This document shows, piece after piece, positions 61,976-64,000 of a DNA stretch of 64,000 bases. The DNA is from Squalus acanthias. Lineage: Eukaryota. How positions within the stretch are numbered: the stretch's first letter is position 1; each line of letters opens with the position of its first letter. The stretch is taken from positions 3,288,001 through 3,352,000 of the forward strand of contig JASTWF010000036.1 in the NCBI GenBank assembly GCA_030390025.1. The letters are read 5' to 3'. The translations under genes were made by a program, and so were the position numbers. Below the pieces are notes generated by a model. It was not told where the DNA came from. It saw nothing but the letters and a program-made list of their open reading frames with translations, and searched no databases.

Positions 61976-63873
61976 TCGTCCTAAAACAGGCATTAGGGCT
62001 CTCATTAGCATATGCCAGAGGCCCAACGCCTGTGTTGGGCAGCCACCTCGGATGCCTGACAATATTCCGAGGCCAATATGGCGTCCTTTGGGCGCAGAAC
62101 ATTGCCCTGTGAAATTGCGCATTTTTGCCCCCGTTTTCCGTCGGGTGGAAAATCCCAGACGTGCTGGGGGCAAGCGGGGAGCAGTCAGAACGTCGCTTGA
62201 AGAACTTTGCGCCACATTCTGCTGGGATTACGCCAGGGAGCCAGCAAGGGTTAGCACCTTCAGGAGAGACAGGGAGAAAGATTGGGAGAAGCTTACATAC
62301 AACATTTTGTTTTCCAAGAGCAGTTCAATAAATCCCCCTTAATAGCAAAAGATTTTCACACGAGTATTGATGTTACTATGAGGCCACATAAATACACACA
62401 TACACAAACACACATACAGACACAGCTATTTGTGCCCAAAGAATTCAATTACAATCTCATTTAAAAGACTTGAACATCGCAGGTCAACACACGCTGATGG
62501 ATCAGCACTAAATACAAGTGCGGAACACTGCCCGAACTAGCAATCATGCAACAATTGGCGCCTGCATGGCAGGGTCACACAGGAGATGTCAAAAATAGCA
62601 GTGTTTTCTCCCTCCTTTTAATGCCTTATTAATAGAAATGCTGCTGACTGCTCTTTCAATTTGCATGGATTGGTGACAGGAATCAGTTTACATCATCAGT
62701 AAGGTCATCTCCACAGTGGGCACTACCTTTAAGTCAAGTCTTTCAAGAATTCACCGCCCCCCCCCGCCCCCACCCCACCCAGCCAATCCCTTGATGTGCA
62801 AGGAAGTGGTTAATGACACACTCAGACACCCGACCTCCAATTAGACAGAGATAAATGAATCTCGTTCCGTATGAGCTCAACATCTCAGGCAGACATTGCT
62901 GCTCCAGTCCCTCACCCAATGCTCTTCCTGTCCAAGCCTAAATAGTGATCATAAACTGCATCTCCTGCTTAGAACACTGCCTTGAAATCACTCCGCGATG
63001 TCCATTATTATTCAAAGGGTAATTTCTTTTCCCCTTCACTTTATTTCTCCTCCCTCAATGCTGAAGGTGCGAGGGGACAGGAGTGGACCTCCAGTACCTC
63101 ACCCAAGAGACCATTCTTCATGTGCAATCCTGAACAAGACGTGTTGACAGGCTAGTCAGCTAACTTTCCATTGAGGGCATCACAGTCCAGCCTTGATCTT
63201 GGCCTTACCCGAAATCCACACACGTGTACTTTCCAGCAGAGGTCAATGGAAACCGATCCGGAGCAGAAATCTTGGCTGATTTCTTCCTTTCTCTATCAAG
63301 AGGCACTGAGGCCAACTGAAGCATACCTACTGCCACACTAGTTGAGATCAGCGAAACCCGCACTGACTGGCTGTACTGCCCAGGATCAGGCTCAGCTGCG
63401 ATGCCCACCATAGTTGAACAGCTCACAGAACGTTGCCGTCTGGGTTCACACATGAAGAATGACCTACAAAGCAAGGCCATCGAAGTGAAGTGCCAGATAG
63501 ATGCTGTACCTTTCCACCATTCTTCTTTTTCCTGCTCTCCTTTACTCTCCTTCAACACTCTCCCTTTTCGTTAACATACTCTTTCCCAGTACCTCAATAC
63601 TGTGGAACCTCTGCCACTGCTTCTTGATCTCATTTTCTCTCCTACTTTTTTCAGCCTTAGTTGCAACTATGAGCCTTGGATCTTCACGTTGGCTTCTCAA
63701 TCAATGAAAAGAAACAAGGCACTACCTCAGATAGAGGACAAAATGAAAATTAAAAACTAAGTGTAGGAGAAGCCAAGCCAGGGTGGTCACACCATACCCT
63801 GTAGAATACCACAGGCAGAAAATTGGTCCTAGGTTGCACACTACCACTCAATCAGGGAACGATTCTATCTCTG

Positions 63874-64000
63874 TACCCTCCTCCAGCCCTGCAACCCTCC
63901 AAGATCTCTGCACTCCTCCAATTCTGGCCTCTTGCATATCCCCAATTTCTTTCACCCCACCATTGGCAGCTGTCCCTTCAGCTGCCTCGGCCCCAAGCTC
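63874..64000 (+). mobile_element. L2 3' region fragment
   Basis: Reverse complement of the L2 sequence at about 50590-50770. Confidence 0.75.

Noticed and set aside
60706..62342. ORFs of 266-441 aa in six frames
   Set aside because: Artefacts of the stop-free 23-bp GC repeat.

Overview
Vertebrate, non-mammalian genomic DNA. The repeat set (CR1, L2, Deu-domain tRNA-SINEs, Penelope-like elements, GC-rich MITEs) points to a cartilaginous fish; this is inference. The only host-gene coding sequence I can support is a single 128-bp minus-strand exon (5310-5437) of a laminin-binding integrin alpha chain, most similar to ITGA7 exon 2. The rest therefore looks like intronic sequence, with neighbouring exons apparently outside the window. 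The window is dominated by nested transposable elements: many 5'-truncated CR1 LINEs, a second LINE family, L2 3' ends, at least three SINE families, hAT MITEs with 8-bp TSDs, and PIF/Harbinger-like non-autonomous elements with 3-bp TSDs. Penelope-like fragments carry minimal hammerhead ribozyme motifs. There are three large minisatellites (about 46, 31 and 23 bp units). Most notable: (1) TSD-flanked inverted mini-Penelope insertions with a hammerhead motif on each strand; (2) Harbinger-like elements loaded with GTAAGT splice-donor motifs and TGACAG hairpins; (3) an inverted SINE pair that brackets the integrin exon. Most ORFs in the supplied track are TE remnants or repeat artefacts. Many TE boundaries are approximate.
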